DNA from: Isurus oxyrinchus
Lineage: Eukaryota
Assembly (NCBI GenBank): GCA_026770705.1
Contig: JANJGN010000006.1
Span: 14,136,001 to 14,200,000 of the forward strand
Length of the DNA stretch: 64,000 nucleotides
Reading direction: 5' to 3'
The notes beneath the pieces were generated by a model. The model searched no databases, had not been told where the DNA came from, and was given only the letters and a program-made list of their open reading frames with translations. The position numbers and the translations under genes are program-made. Below, in pieces: positions 1 through 12,925 of this stretch (the stretch's first letter is position 1; every line of letters begins with the position of its first letter).

Positions 1-66
1 TTTACAATTACACTAAAGTATGAATCTAAGGGTAATTATGAGTTGTTCCAGGCTTTTGATTCAGAT

Positions 67-776
67 AAAAACAAAAAACTGCGGATGCTGGAAATCCAAA
101 ACTAAAACAAAATTACCTGGAAAAACTCAGCAGGTCTGGCAGCATCGGCGGAGAAGAACAAAGTTGACGTTTCGAGTCCTCATGACCCTTCAACAGAACT
201 GAGTAAAAGTAGGAGAGGGGTGAAATATAAGCTGGTTTAAGGTGGGGGGGCGGTGGGTGGGGGGAGAGAAGTGGGGGGTGGTGGTGGTTGTAGGGACAAG
301 CAAGCAGTGATAGGAGCAGATAATCAAAAGCTGTCACAGACAAAAGAACAAAGCGGTGTTGAAGGTGGTGATATTATCTAAAAGTGATATTATCTAAAAA
401 TCTATACTTATTATGCCCTGTTTGTCTTATTTCACCCCACCCCCACTAAAGCTGTACCTTGAGTGTCCTGCCATCCATTCTTAATTAGCACATTCTTTTA
501 GATAATATCACCACCTTCAACACCTCTGTGTTCTTTTGTCTGTGACATCTTTTGATTATCTGCTCCTATCGCTGCTTGCTTGTCCCTACAACCACCCCCC
601 CCACTTCTCTCCCCCCACCACCACCCCGCCCCCAACCTTAAACCAGCTTATATTTCACCCCTCTCCTATTTTTACTCAGTTTTGTTGAAGGGTCATGAGG
701 ACTCAAAACGTCAACTTCGTTCTTCTCCGCCGATGTTGCCAGACCTGCTGAGTTTTTTCAGGTAATTCTGTTTTTG
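67..776. mobile_element. Penelope-like element terminal repeats in inverted, tail-out arrangement
   Basis: 67-383 is the reverse complement of ~495-776. Both match the 3' end of the Penelope copy at ~30000-30353. Flanked by the direct repeat TTTTGATTCAGAT (54-66, 777-789). Confidence 0.85.
162..200 (-). ncRNA. Minimal type I hammerhead-ribozyme-like motif (CUGUUGA core variant)
   Basis: Minus strand reads AGUU-CUGUUGA-A-GGGUC-AUGAG-GACUC-GAAA-C-GUC-AACU: stem I AGUU/AACU, stem II GGGUC/GACUC, GAAA, GUC triplet. Confidence 0.65.
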
Positions 777-832
777 TTTTGATTCAGATCACATTCGGTG
801 AGAACACATATTGAATAAGAATTAGATTGAAG

Positions 833-3290
833 ATGGCTCAGTAAAGTCATCTCAGTCTGACATTTTGAGGATCAGCAAATCCTTTTATGCCGGATTATAT
901 GACGTAAAGCCCACAGACAGCATGGCCTCCCAGTCCTTCCTCTCCGCTATCATGGAGGTCTTAGACGACAGTACACGGGAGAGCTTGGACAAACCGGTAA
1001 CTCCTGATGAACTGACTAAGGCCCTTGAGTCCTTCGAGAAGAGTAAAACTCCCGGAAGCGACGGCTTGCCGGCGGAGTTGTATTCGGCTCTGTGGGACTG
1101 GATCGGCCCAGACCTGCTAGAAGTGTACGAGAGTATGCTCCTGGCCGGCAGTATGTCAGAATCCATGAGGAAAGGCATTATCACCCTCATCTACAAGCAC
1201 AAGGGGGAAAGGGAGGAAATTAGAAATTGGTGACCCATTTCACTGTTGAATGTGGACTATAAGATTCTGTCCAAGGTCATCGCCAATCGGGTCAAATCCG
1301 CTCTGGAATTGGTGATCCACCCTGACCAGACCTGCACTGTGCCGGGCAGGAAGATCTCTGGCAGCCTTGTGCTGCTCAGGGAAACGATTGCCTATGTACA
1401 GGACAGGGGTGTGGATACCTGCCTCATCAGCCTGGATCTGGAGAAGGCCTTTGACAGAATATCACACACCTACATAGTGGATGTGCTCTCCAAAATGGGG
1501 TTTGGAGAGGGAATTCGCAATTGGATCCAACTGCTCTACACTAACATCAGTAGCGCAGTCTCAATCAATGGGTGGGAATCAGAAAGCTTTCCTATTAAAT
1601 CTGGAGTCAGGCAGGGCTGCCCTCTCTCCCCTGTCCTGTTTGTGTGTTGCATAGAACCCTTTGCTGAGTCCATCAGGAAGAATCTGGGAATAAGAGGAGT
1701 GACGATCCCAGGCAGTGGAGGCACTCAGGTCAAAGCCTCTCTGTACATGGACGATGTCACTGTCTTCTGCTCAGATCCGCTGTCGGTGCACAGACTGATC
1801 CACATCTGCGACCGGTTCGAACTGGCCTCAGGAGCCAAGATAAATTGTGGGAAGAGCGAGGCCATGTTCTTCGGGAACTGGGCTGGCCGATCCTTTGTCC
1901 CCTTCACCGTCAGGACTGACGGCCTGAAGGTGCTGGGGATATGGTTCGGAGGGACCAGGGCATGCGTTAGAAACTGGAAAGAGCGAGTGTCTATGGTGAA
2001 AAGAAAACTGGACATGTGGGAGCAACACTCCCTCTCCATTGCGGATAAGAACCTGGTCATCAGGTGTGAGGCACTCTTGCTGTTGCTGTACGTGGCGCAG
2101 GTCTGGCCCATTCCAGACTCCTGCGCGATGGCGATCACCCGAGCCATCTTCCGCTTTATCTGGAGGTTGAAAATGGATCGTGTCCGCAGGGACGCGATGT
2201 ACAAGCCTCTAGATAAAGGGGGAAAAAACAATGCCCAACATCACCCTCATACTGATGGCCACCTTTGTGTGTGGCTGCATCAAGCTGTGCATAGACCCTC
2301 AGTACACAAACACCAAGTGTTACTACGTACTGAGGTTCTACCTGTCCCTGGTGTTGTGAAGGATGGATCTGGCCACGCTGCCATGGAACGCTCCAAGTAG
2401 TTGGACCGTACCACCTGTTCCTCGTGGAAAAATTTATGCAGAGAAACAGCTTTGACCGCAAGTCCATCAGGCAGTGGTCGCACGTAACGTCTTAGAGGCC
2501 CTGAGGGAAAAGGAGAGGGTGGATCCTGTGGGATGGTTCCCCGAGCAGACTGTCAAAGTCATTTGGCAGAATGCCTCATCGCCAGAACTTTCCAACAAGC
2601 ACCAAGATGTAACTTGGCTGGTGGTGAGAATGGCCCTCCCCGTCAGATCCATCCTACACACCAGGAGTCTCACCCCCCTCTGCAGGTTGCCCTCAAGGTG
2701 GCTGTGGTGGGGACGAGACCATTGTTCACCTCCTTGTAGATTGTGCCTTTGCAAAGAAGGTCTGGAGAGAGATGCAGTGGTTGCTGTCGAGGTTCATCCC
2801 GAGCAGTTCTGTGACACAGGACTCTGTGCTCTACGGGCTGTTCCCAGGGACACACACCGAGACAACATCAACTGCAGCTGGAGGATCATCACTCTTTGAT
2901 CTGCCCGAAACTTGTTGGTCTTCCAGCGCAAAGAGTTGTCCCCAACCGAGTGTTGCAGACTGGCACATTCCAAAGTCCAGGACTACGTGCTGAGGGACGC
3001 ACTAAAGCTTGGGGCAGCCGCCGCAAAGGCACAATGGGGAAGGGTCGCTGTCTAAGACCTTTCTGCCACAGTGCACCGAGGGGCTGGGAACTGTTGAGAG
3101 CCCCTCAGGATGTACAGCTCAAAATGAATGTTTGCAAATTAGTGTAATATTCATTGATTGTATTGATGCACCTTGTGATACATGTTATAAAAGTTGAATC
3201 TGATTGTACCTTTGTGATGGTGATTTTGAAATGGTTTGGAATGTTCTTCCAGATATTTTATGAATAAAGTATATTTTTCCAAAAAAGAAA
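833..3290 (+). mobile_element. 5'-truncated Tx1/L1-clade LINE
   Basis: ORF2 RT motifs KTPGSDGLPAELY, DLEKAFD, GVRQGCPLSP, YMDD; AATAAA and A-tail at the 3' end; 13-bp TSD AATTAGATTGAAG (820-832, 3291-3303). Confidence 0.92.
865..3055 (+). pseudogene. Tx1 ORF2 reverse transcriptase, disrupted
   Basis: ORFs 865-1233, 1246-2400 and 2474-2899 are one RT gene broken by a TGA at 1231-1233 (NW*PISL) and frameshifts. Confidence 0.88.
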
Positions 3291-4600
3291 AATTAGATTG
3301 AAGCTGCCAGAATTGTTTTTCAGTGATGAATGAGTATATGTACACCCTTCCACTGGAATGTAATTAATTATGTCTCCAGGAATAAGGTTTAGTATTGAGA
3401 ACACTGCTGCATTGTCTCGTGCCACACAACCCTCGTTTGACTTGTTTGGCACTGTGCCTTTTGCTAAATTACTGCATTATGGAAAATAAGTCCAAAACAT
3501 GCATTTCTTCCAGAGTATTAAAGTTTTTTTATAATATTATGTCTCTATTTTTCATTTCAAAATAGAAGATAAAGTAGATGTTGAATCAGGAATTGTCATG
3601 TATTAACAGTAATGTATGCTTTAGAGATACAGCTGGTGATTTTATCACAATTTTCGGCTAGCCAAGACTGATAAATTCAATTCAGGTAGCAAACTTATAG
3701 AATTCCTTACCATCTGGTTTGAACCAGAGGTGAAAGGACAATGTGTTAACCAATTATGGAAACTTACTGATTGTATTTCAACCAGCTGTCTGAACAAACA
3801 AATGCATTGAAATAGTTCAGAAGCGTTTTTTTAAAAAGCTAGCATCTTTGCAATGCAATCTTTTTGTGATACGCTGAGAAAGAAGTACTGACTGCTGATA
3901 GTTCTGGCATTCCTGCTGTGAGTAATGTCAGTCAACCAGGAGAGGCAGTATAAAGTAATGGATGCAATTCTAAGAGGGTGTCAGGCGGACCTGGGAGTTT
4001 AAGATTTTGTCCGGGAGTCACAGATTACCCAAATAAGGGGTCAAACCCTCATGAGTGATTTTAAAGCAGTTTATCAAGGAAGAAGACAACTGAAAACTTC
4101 TGTCAACAGCAAGCACCTGTTTATGTACCTTATTTCTAGATGCTCGTGGGTATCCCATGTCAATCCATTGTTCGATCCCATTTATCCAATCATCGAGAGA
4201 CTGATAATCAAACTAAACTCCTCCTCTGCCCATCACTATTCCCTTAAAACCAAGTCATCTCTTATCGCTTGTTAGGGAATCCTGTTTAACCTTTACTCAG
4301 ACAATTGCTTTAAATATGGATTACAACATCCAACCTTATCAGGTTTGATAATGTCTTCTTTCAGAGCCTGCACTAGAGTCATGTCCTTGGCCAAGCAAGC
4401 AGACCTACACTGTTCTCTGTTTGTCAGCCCAGCTGTCTGCTATGAAATATCTTTTTTTAAATGGAAAAAGAAAAAAAGAGAGTGGTTTCTATAATATTCA
4501 ATACATTTCTTAAGATTATTAAAGTTGTTATACAACCATTTCTTACAAAGTATATGTATGTCATGTTATTATAATGATATAATACCTTGGGCTTATTTAC

Positions 4601-4830
4601 TGTACAAGATACAAGGCACCAGTCACTCATAAGGGATTGGGTAAATACGTTGCTGATTGATTTATTAAGACTAGGCACATGAGAACATTTAAACATAGGT
4701 TTAAATCTTGAAGGCATCAGAGCTTTGTGTGTGCTCTGCTCAAATCAAAAGCGAAACAAAGACTGGATTGCATGACACATTTTCCTTCTAGTGATATCTT
4801 GCTGATACACCTTAAAGGCATATTACAATA
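4601..4830 (-). repeat. Solo Gypsy-type LTR
   Basis: Colinear similarity to the LTR at 24214-24475 (aaggcacca..ctcat..gggatt ... ccttaaaggcatattacaa). Confidence 0.6.
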
Positions 4831-4859
4831 TGTGCACCTATAATTGAACGTGGAAGGCA

Positions 4860-5525
4860 GGTTAAGAAAGGGATAAAATATTCAGAATCTTGTGCTTTAT
4901 AAATAGAAGCATAGAGTACAAAAGCAAGGAAGTTATGGTGAACCTTTGTGAAACATTAGATTGGCTTCAACTAGAGACCAACTAGAGACCAATACTGAGC
5001 ACCATATGTTAGGAAAGATGTGGTGGCATTAGAGACGGTGCAGCAAAGATTTACAATAATTATTCCAGGGATGAGCGACTTCAGTTACATGAATCGTTTG
5101 AAGAAACTGGAGCTGATTTCCTTAGAGAAGACAAGGTTGAAAAGAGATTTCATAGAGGTGTGAAAAACCGTGGAGGATCTGTTTAGAGTAGATAGAGAGA
5201 AACCGTTCCCAATGGATGAAGGATCGAGAACCAGAGGAGACCAATTTAAGGTGAAGAGTAAATAAACCAATAACGACAAGGGGAAACTCTTTTGATGCCA
5301 TCAGTGGTTAGGATTTGGAATGCGCGGTCTGAAAGTATGGTGGAGGTATATTTAATCATGGCTTTCAAAAAGAAAATTTGATAATTATCTGAAGAGAAAA
5401 CAATCACAGGACTACCTGGGAAAGGATGAGGGAATGGGAGTAGCTTATTTGCTCTCGCAGAGAGCCAGTACAGACATGGTGGGCCAAATGGTCTCATTCA
5501 TAGCTGTAACCATTCTATGATTCTC
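4860..5525 (+). mobile_element. CR1 LINE 3' fragment
   Basis: ORF2 C-terminal remnants (IEYKSKEVM, LETVQQRFT, LELISLEKTRL) and an attctatgattct tail. Confidence 0.85.
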
Positions 5526-5949
5526 TGGGTACATTATTGTAAAAGAGCAATTATTACCTCTCTAACTTCACTCAATAAATATACTGGGTACATGCCTTTG
5601 TACATGAATTGCCAATTGCACACTTGAGCGCAATTGCTAAAGATTGCACTGCATTGAATACCTTCATCCAATATAAATTTCAAGGCAACTTCCAAGCACA
5701 GGAGGATGTGGGTGGAATTATAAGGGAAAAATGCAGCTTGGAATCTGCAATTGCAACTGATTGAAGCAATAAATTTTACTTTTTGTGTTTTGTGTCTCCA
5801 AGCTGCACAGCAGGCTGATGTATATTTAAAGGTACAATGTAGAAATGGAAATTGGAGGAGTCAGAAAGTGTTTAGAATGGATGCACAGATGAATGATGAG
5901 AGCCTTTGTCCTCCTCTGCCTGCAGTCATCACTGCTGCACAATCTTGTG

Positions 5950-6760
5950 CAGGACACAGCAGCCAATTATCATTCTGAACACCTTCGCTGGCAAATACTG
6001 AACAATGACTCCAGATCTATCTAAGCTCCTAAAACTCATCTTCATCAATCTGATGGCATGCTCCATGGCACACTAGATAGCCATGTGGCTTTCACTGTAG
6101 TGGTTCTGCACCTCATTGTGGGGTTTCTCCAGGTGTCATGAGTCAAGATTGATGAGGTTATCCCTTATCTCCTGTGCCTCAGTCCTTAACTCTGCTTCCT
6201 GGAACAAGAAGGTCTGGAATGTTGGACTGCCGCAGTATGAAAGTATCATCACAGCTTCCAGGGAGTCTGGTTCAAACCTACATGAACCTCTTCTGGCATT
6301 GAAAAATACGCCTTTTTGGTTAACAAAAAGTTCTGTTTGAGGGCCATCATCATTACAGAGGAAATTTACATACGTCTCAGCTCTTGCAAACAATCAATCC
6401 ATCACCTGCCTTATGACTTTATGTGCAGCCAACTGAGTGAACATAAATATGTCTCCGAGTGCCCTGGTAAGAAGCAAAGACAAAGATATGGAGGTTGGTG
6501 ATGACCTTCACTGCCACTGATCCAGCAGGTAGCAGACCTTCTAGAACACTACAGATATCTGGGACCATCTAAAGTAAGAGGTCAAGGAAATGAGCCTCTG
6601 TCTGTACACCACGTTACATGAGTGGTGCCTCCTGCAAGCTCTGCCCATCTCCTGTGCACCTCCTTCCTTTGCACCTCCCTCCACTGCACCTCTTCTCCTC
6701 TTCTGCACGTGTTGATCCCACCACAGCACGTCATCACTGCCATGGAAAATGATCTGCTAT
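5950..6760 (-). mobile_element. Degenerate PIF/Harbinger transposase remnant
   Basis: Minus-strand FVNQKG and LPGSCDDTFILRQSNIPDL correspond to FVNRKGFHS and YPGSSHDAYILRHS of the younger copies in this window. Confidence 0.6.
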
Positions 6761-7749
6761 CAAACACATCCAATATTCCTTCTATCCTGATGTTGTCAGT
6801 TTGAGAGACTCCAGTATTAATAAATCTGTATCAAAACAAGAACCCTCTGCAAAATATTTGCCTGTGGGAACTGAAGCCCTAGCTACAATAAGTGAGATTA
6901 TATTCAGATTGAACAATCACAGATTTAATATCCACCCAAAGTGTGGCTCAATCTCAACTCTGTTTCACTGGTCAGTTTCATAATTCCCTGGAGATCCCTG
7001 CTGGAAATGGTAAATTTAAAGGTAAGCCGAATTCAATGTAAAATAATGTCTAACAAGGACATTAATTGCATCATTGGACTAGCTGTCTGCCTGTGCTACT
7101 TAAGGTTCTGACTATGGCGAGTGGGTTACTTGCTAACATCCCCAAAACTACCTCCTCTAAATCAAGAATTGGGGACATTGGAACTCGGCTGTAGTCATGA
7201 TCTAAAAATTACTTATTTTAACTACCTGCCCTCTCCAAGCTCACTCGTTCTTGGGGTTTAAAATTCCCTCTTATCTATTGAGGACCCGTTTTCCAGGAAC
7301 TTGATTTTTAAAACAAGTCTTGAACGTACCTGTTCTTTTCAATACATTTTTAAATGTTAATTTCTACTTCAGGCTGGTAGAATAACAACGCGTTGGAAAA
7401 TTAAATCCCATTTATGCACCGGAGGTTAGACATTATCATCTGTATCGCCTTGTTTCTTCCTACAAAACTTTTCTGAAGCAGTCACCATAACAATATGAAT
7501 TGAAGTGGGCATTTAGAATGAAATAGCACTATTACCAACTGTTCCGTCCATGGATGAAGTGTGTAAAGTGCCAATTGATTGTAATAGGTAATAAGCAGCA
7601 CAGTATTTTCTTTAGTCTTTAAGCTAGGGCCTTTTATTTTAGGGAGTGCAGCGATGGAGTTGCACCATGTGTGAGCATTTAAGGCAATGGCGTGCATCAT
7701 AGCACGCTCTTACAATGAGTAGGGGTAGAAATAACTCCTCCGGTGTCTC

Positions 7750-8350
7750 ACAGAGCTCCCAGTGTCATTCCCTCAACTTCCCAGGCCAGATCATCCCTCA
7801 GGCATCAAGAGCCAGCATCACATCTGACCAGCCCACACTCCACCAACTCAGATACAAGCACATCAGAGCAATGTAGCGCATATGCACAGGATGAAAGACA
7901 CTGAACCAGAGTGCAGGAGGAGGTGTCAGAATTAGAGACAACTGTGCATAGTCTCCCTTGGAGGAGGATAGAATGTCATGATGATGCTCCAGTGAGCAGG
8001 AACGTGAGGCCCTAGGAGTCATCTTTTCAGCTCACCATATTTAGAAAATCAGCAGCAGATGTGTGGACATCTGGCAGAGTTCCCTGAGGCAATGGGAGCT
8101 CTAGGACTGTGAATGGAGGAGCTGTCATGACCTCCACATTGAACCGCGGGCTCAACCACATGAGCTCTGACCATGAGAGATTGACCAGTCTCATGAAGAG
8201 ACACATGCAGCAGCACTTGGAGTGGATGCAGACGCAGCGCCTTGGCCAGAAAATGGTGCAAGCCTCCCTTGGTAGCCCGGATCAGTCCAGTGCAGACTGA
8301 CAAGCTGCGTAACCTTAATGGGATGATCAAACTGCTGGCATAGTAGTGCT
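7750..8350 (+). mobile_element. Degenerate Harbinger partner-ORF (Myb/SANT gene C-terminal part) remnant
   Basis: PASHLTSPHSTNSDTST resembles PASHPLSQAGTSADTST at ~22630-22685 (-). Confidence 0.4.
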
Positions 8351-9592
8351 GGAATGGATGGCTGTTGTGCTGCGGCCAGCCTCATCAACCCACCTGATGG
8401 GCAACCCAGGGCTGTGCAGGTCACTGAGGAGGGTGAAGGTACCGAAGCTCCTCAGCCCCCTCATCTTCCGCCACCTCCCTAGCCTCTCCGCCAGTGTCCT
8501 CATTTGCTGCACATGTGCCATGGCTGCTCAAAATCTGAAGGAGGTCCCCAACGGGGTGCCTGCACGATGAGTCAGGCCACCAAGCTCCTCATTGCCATTT
8601 AGATACAGAAGTAGGCAGCCTTCCTCCACCTCCTCCGAGGCAACATGGGGCACCATGTAGGAGTATATGATAGCGAAGGCTGCCATCTCGCCTTGACAAC
8701 TAATGGGTTCACCATGGTTACATTTTTCACATTGCATATATCACATCTGAGCACTTCTTTAATATATTTACTTACACCCATACATGACTTGGTGTGTGTT
8801 TGTACACTAGAAAGCTCAAAAAGAATATTGACATTATGAAGGCTGTTTTTACCATTGTTAATGAGGGCAGCATGCTGAGGTCCATCTCGTCGTGCCATAA
8901 ACAGGATCAAGGTTGTCGGCTGATTTGTGATGCTTTGGGGGGCTTCTTCCTTCTCTGCCATAAGATTCCAGTGTTGAAAAGCTCAAGCACTGAGATGCTC
9001 CTTGTATCGTTCATTGTCTGTCCAAGCTTGCCTTTAATGGAGGTTCACTGATCAGACTCCATGAGGAGATGCTGGACAGCAGATGCATCTCAAGCATGGT
9101 TGCTGGGTGCAAGGCCTTCATCCACACTTCAGCATTACACATTGGCTTAGGTGTAGTCATCGCAGCTCAAGAGGCTAGGTAACATGCAGATAGTATCGGT
9201 TTTCTGCTGCGTCCATTACTTTGGTTGCATTTTCATTCCAGGTGTCACAATATGTGTCTTGTGCAGTAATCAGATGTTTATGGAAGTCAGGAATGTTGCA
9301 TGTGGACCCCATGTCAGAAAATGGACCATTGGCCGAATGGATGGTGCACAAGTTCTTTCGAAGAGCTTTTGTTGAACAGTTATGGGCTCCTCATGTGTGA
9401 GATGCCTTATCTGCATGTATTCTACAATATACAGTCCTATCAGCATGTATAGGGCTTGACTTCCGACGTTCTGTCATTCCCAGCATTGTAAGTATGGTTT
9501 GATTATGGACAATTTGACTGTATGGGCCCCTCACTTACTGTCATTGGTGTTCATGTGAGGAGGCCAGGCTGTGAATGATTTATTACCATATA

Positions 9593-9727
9593 TCTCTGAA
9601 GAAGAGTCATACCGACGCAGAGCATTGGGTCTGTTTCTCTCTCCACAGATGCTACCAGATGTGCTGAGTTTTTTCAGCATTTTCTATTTTTATTTAAGAT
9701 ATCCAGCATCCACAGTATTTTGCTTTT
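9593..9727 (+). repeat. Old Penelope 3' terminal repeat with decayed hammerhead
   Basis: ctgaagaagagtcat...cagatgctaccagatgtgctgagttttttcagc...ccagcatccacagtattttgctttt. Confidence 0.75.
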
Positions 9728-9974
9728 TACTTTATTTTGACTAATTACCATGCGTGTTTGCAATATGATGAGGCCCATGTTTATGATGGTGAGGGTTTCA
9801 GCCATAGGAATGTGACTGAGCCAAACTCATTGATGCTTATTCTCTCCCTTGTGAGGGATGGGCAGTCCCTTGAGTAATTGTAGAGCCAATGTACAAGGTT
9901 CTTTAGATGGAAATATGTCACCAGGAACTGGCAATTGTGATATCGGAGGACCTTGTGAGAATCTATTTTGTACA

Positions 9975-10300
9975 AGGACGTATCTGGCGATGATCCCCTA
10001 CTGCACAGAGTCAGCCATGGCTACATGTCCGTGCCTCCCAGCTGCTCAGCCATTGGCAACCTCCTCATCCTCATCTGCTTTGGAATCTTCCAACTGGATG
10101 AGAGCTTCCTCTTCAGAGCTTGGAACACTGCCCATGGCGTCATCGTCAGCAATTTGTATGCCCCTCCACTGCACAATTTTGTGCAGCGTGCAGCACACCG
10201 TTACTATTCTTGATACCCTTGCTGGGGTACGTGTTTTAAAATATCTGCTGGTATCACCAGTACTTTCTGTATGCCAAAGACCAATGGCAGTTCCATGAAG
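9975..10300 (-). mobile_element. Harbinger transposase C-terminal remnant
   Basis: Minus-strand TPARVSRIVTVCCTLHKIV followed by an acidic tail. Confidence 0.65.
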
Positions 10301-11188
10301 AAAAAGGGTTAGCTTTTTAATTTGTCACCAAATCTTGCATTGCAGATTACAGACTGGTCATAGGAATGTCCTATTTTCATTCCCATTAATTTTGATGGAA
10401 ATTAAGATTAGGTTGTTTCAATAAAATTCAGCAGTTGCATTATACTAGACTTAGGCCTGGGTGACAAATTGAAAATCTATTGCAAAGTATCATGACATTA
10501 CAATCCATACATTTAAGAATGCCCGACTGGAACATTTTATTGAGCCTATATATTAAGGTTGCCTTGGGACGCCTCTTTTATATTGAAATTTTTGAAAGTT
10601 GGGTTCATTTCAGAATGTAAATTGCTCAATTTGTGTACAGGCATAATACCCTCAAATATATTAATCTCAAATTTGACATAGTTGTGTCACAGGTAAAATG
10701 TTTCACAAGCCCTAATCCAAATTGATTAGGAAAAAATGAAGTGATTTAGAAATATATGCTTTAGTGCAATCCAACCACCAACTTAATTTAGCTTTACGAG
10801 AAAGGTATTGACCTAAAGTTCCTAATTCTTCATTCTACTGAAATTTGATTCCCTTGTACACCTCTGTGTGGGAAACAAGCAATTAAAATAACATCTGGTA
10901 CTACATACAAATGTACTTGTCTCAAAAGCATTTTAAGATGTTACAATTATCATCTCATTAGAAGCTTGGAAGCAGCAACAGCCAAGTACAGTTCTACATC
11001 TGCAGCATATTGTTTTTAATGTTTACTGTGCAGTCACAAAAAAACATAAAGAAAATAAATGTTTCAAAAACACTCAGCAAAAACATAGCCCTTTCATGAG
11101 TGAATAATATTATGTATATTGTGTATTGCATAGATATAGTACAGAATGTGCACACTTGTAATTTCCCAAATGCATAGACAATGGGTGT

Positions 11189-12925
11189 CATAGAGTCATA
11201 GAGGTCTACAGCACATTCGGCCCATCAAGTCTGCGCCGGTCAAACAAGTACCTAACTATTCTAATCCCATTTTCCAGCACTAGGCCCGTAGCTTTGTATG
11301 CCATGGCATCGCAAGTGCACACCCAAATATTTCTTAAATGTTATGAGGGTGCCTGCCTCTGCCACCCTTTCAGGCAGTGAGTTCCAGGTTCCCATCACCC
11401 ACTGGGTGAAAAAATTCTTCCTCACATCCCTTCTAAACCTCCTGCCCCTTACCTTAAATCTATGGCCCCTGGTTATTGATCCCTCCACCAAGGAGAAAAG
11501 TTCCTTCCTGTCTACCCGATCTATGCTCCTCATAATTTTATACACCTCAATCATGTCCCCCCTCAATCTCCTCTGCTCCAAGGAAAATAACCCTAGTCGA
11601 TCCAATCTCTCCTCATAACTAAAACTCTCCAGCCCAGGCAACATCCTGGTAAATCTCCTCTGCACTCTCTCTAGTGCAATCACATCCTTCCTATAATGCA
11701 GATTCCAGAACTACACACAATACCCTAGCTGTGGTCTAACCAGCATTTTAGTTCCAGCATAACCTCCCTGCTCTTATAGTCTATGCCTCGGCTAATAAAG
11801 GCAAGTACCTCATATGCCTTCTTAACCACCTTATCTGCTTGTCCTGCTACCTTAAGGGATGGTTAGACATGCACACCAAGGTCCTTCTGATCCTCAGTAC
11901 TTCCCAAGGTCCTACCATTCATCATGTATTCCCGTGCCTTGTTTGTCCTGCCCAAGTGCATCACCTCACACTTATCCGGATTACATTCCATTTGCCACTG
12001 ATCAGCCCATCTGACCAGTCTGTATCCTTCTGTAATCTAAGGCTTTCCTCCTCACCATTTACCACCCCACCAATTTTTGTGTCTTCCACAAACTTACTGA
12101 TCAACCCTCCTACATTCAAGTCTAAATCATTTATATATACCACAAACAGCAAGGGACACAACACTGATCCCTGTGGAACCCCATTGGACACAGGCGTCCA
12201 GTCACAAAAACACCCCTTGACCCCACCCTCTGCTTCCTGCCGCTCAGCCAATTCTGGATCCAATTTGCCAAATTGCCATGGATCCCATGGGCTCTTACCA
12301 TCATTATCAGTCTCCCATGTGGGCCCTTATCGGAAGCCTTGCTGAAGTCCAAGTAGACTATGTCAAATGCATTGCCCTCATCCACAAACTGGTCACCTCT
12401 TCGAAAAGTTCAATCAAATTGGTCAGACATGACCTCCCTTTAACAAAACCATGCTGACTGTTCATGATTAATTCCTGCCTCTTCAAGTGTACATTAATTC
12501 TGTCCCTCAGAATTGCTTCCAATAGTCTCCCCAGCACTGATGTTAGACTGACTGGCCTGCAGTTCCCTGGTTTATCACTTCTTGAATAACGGCACCACAT
12601 TGGCTGTCCTCCAGTCCTCTGGCATCTCTCCTGTGTCTAGAGAGGTACTAAAAGTTATTGCCAAGTGCCCCTGCTATCCCCTCCCTTGCCTCATTCAACA
12701 GCCTGTGATATATTTCATCTGGGCCAGGAGATTTATCTACTTTTAAGCCTGCCAGACAACTTAGAGCTTCCTCCCTTTCTATGCTAATTTCTTTAATTAT
12801 ATCGCAGCCCTTCTGCCTGATTTCGATACCCACATCGTCCCTCTCACTTGTGAACACCAACACAAAGTATTAATTTAGAACCCTACCTACGTCTTCCAGC
12901 TGCATGCACAAATTGCCACTATGGT
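11189..12925 (-). mobile_element. 5'-truncated CR1 LINE
   Basis: RT fragments KSPGPD, RPVSLTSV, QHGFVKGRSCLTNL, GVPQGSVL, LERVQRRFTRMLPG; 3' tail at ~11189. Confidence 0.93.

Noticed and set aside
4969-4992. 11-bp tandem duplication CAACTAGAGAC and scattered (TG)n or poly-C tracts
   Set aside because: Ordinary slippage or repair scars.
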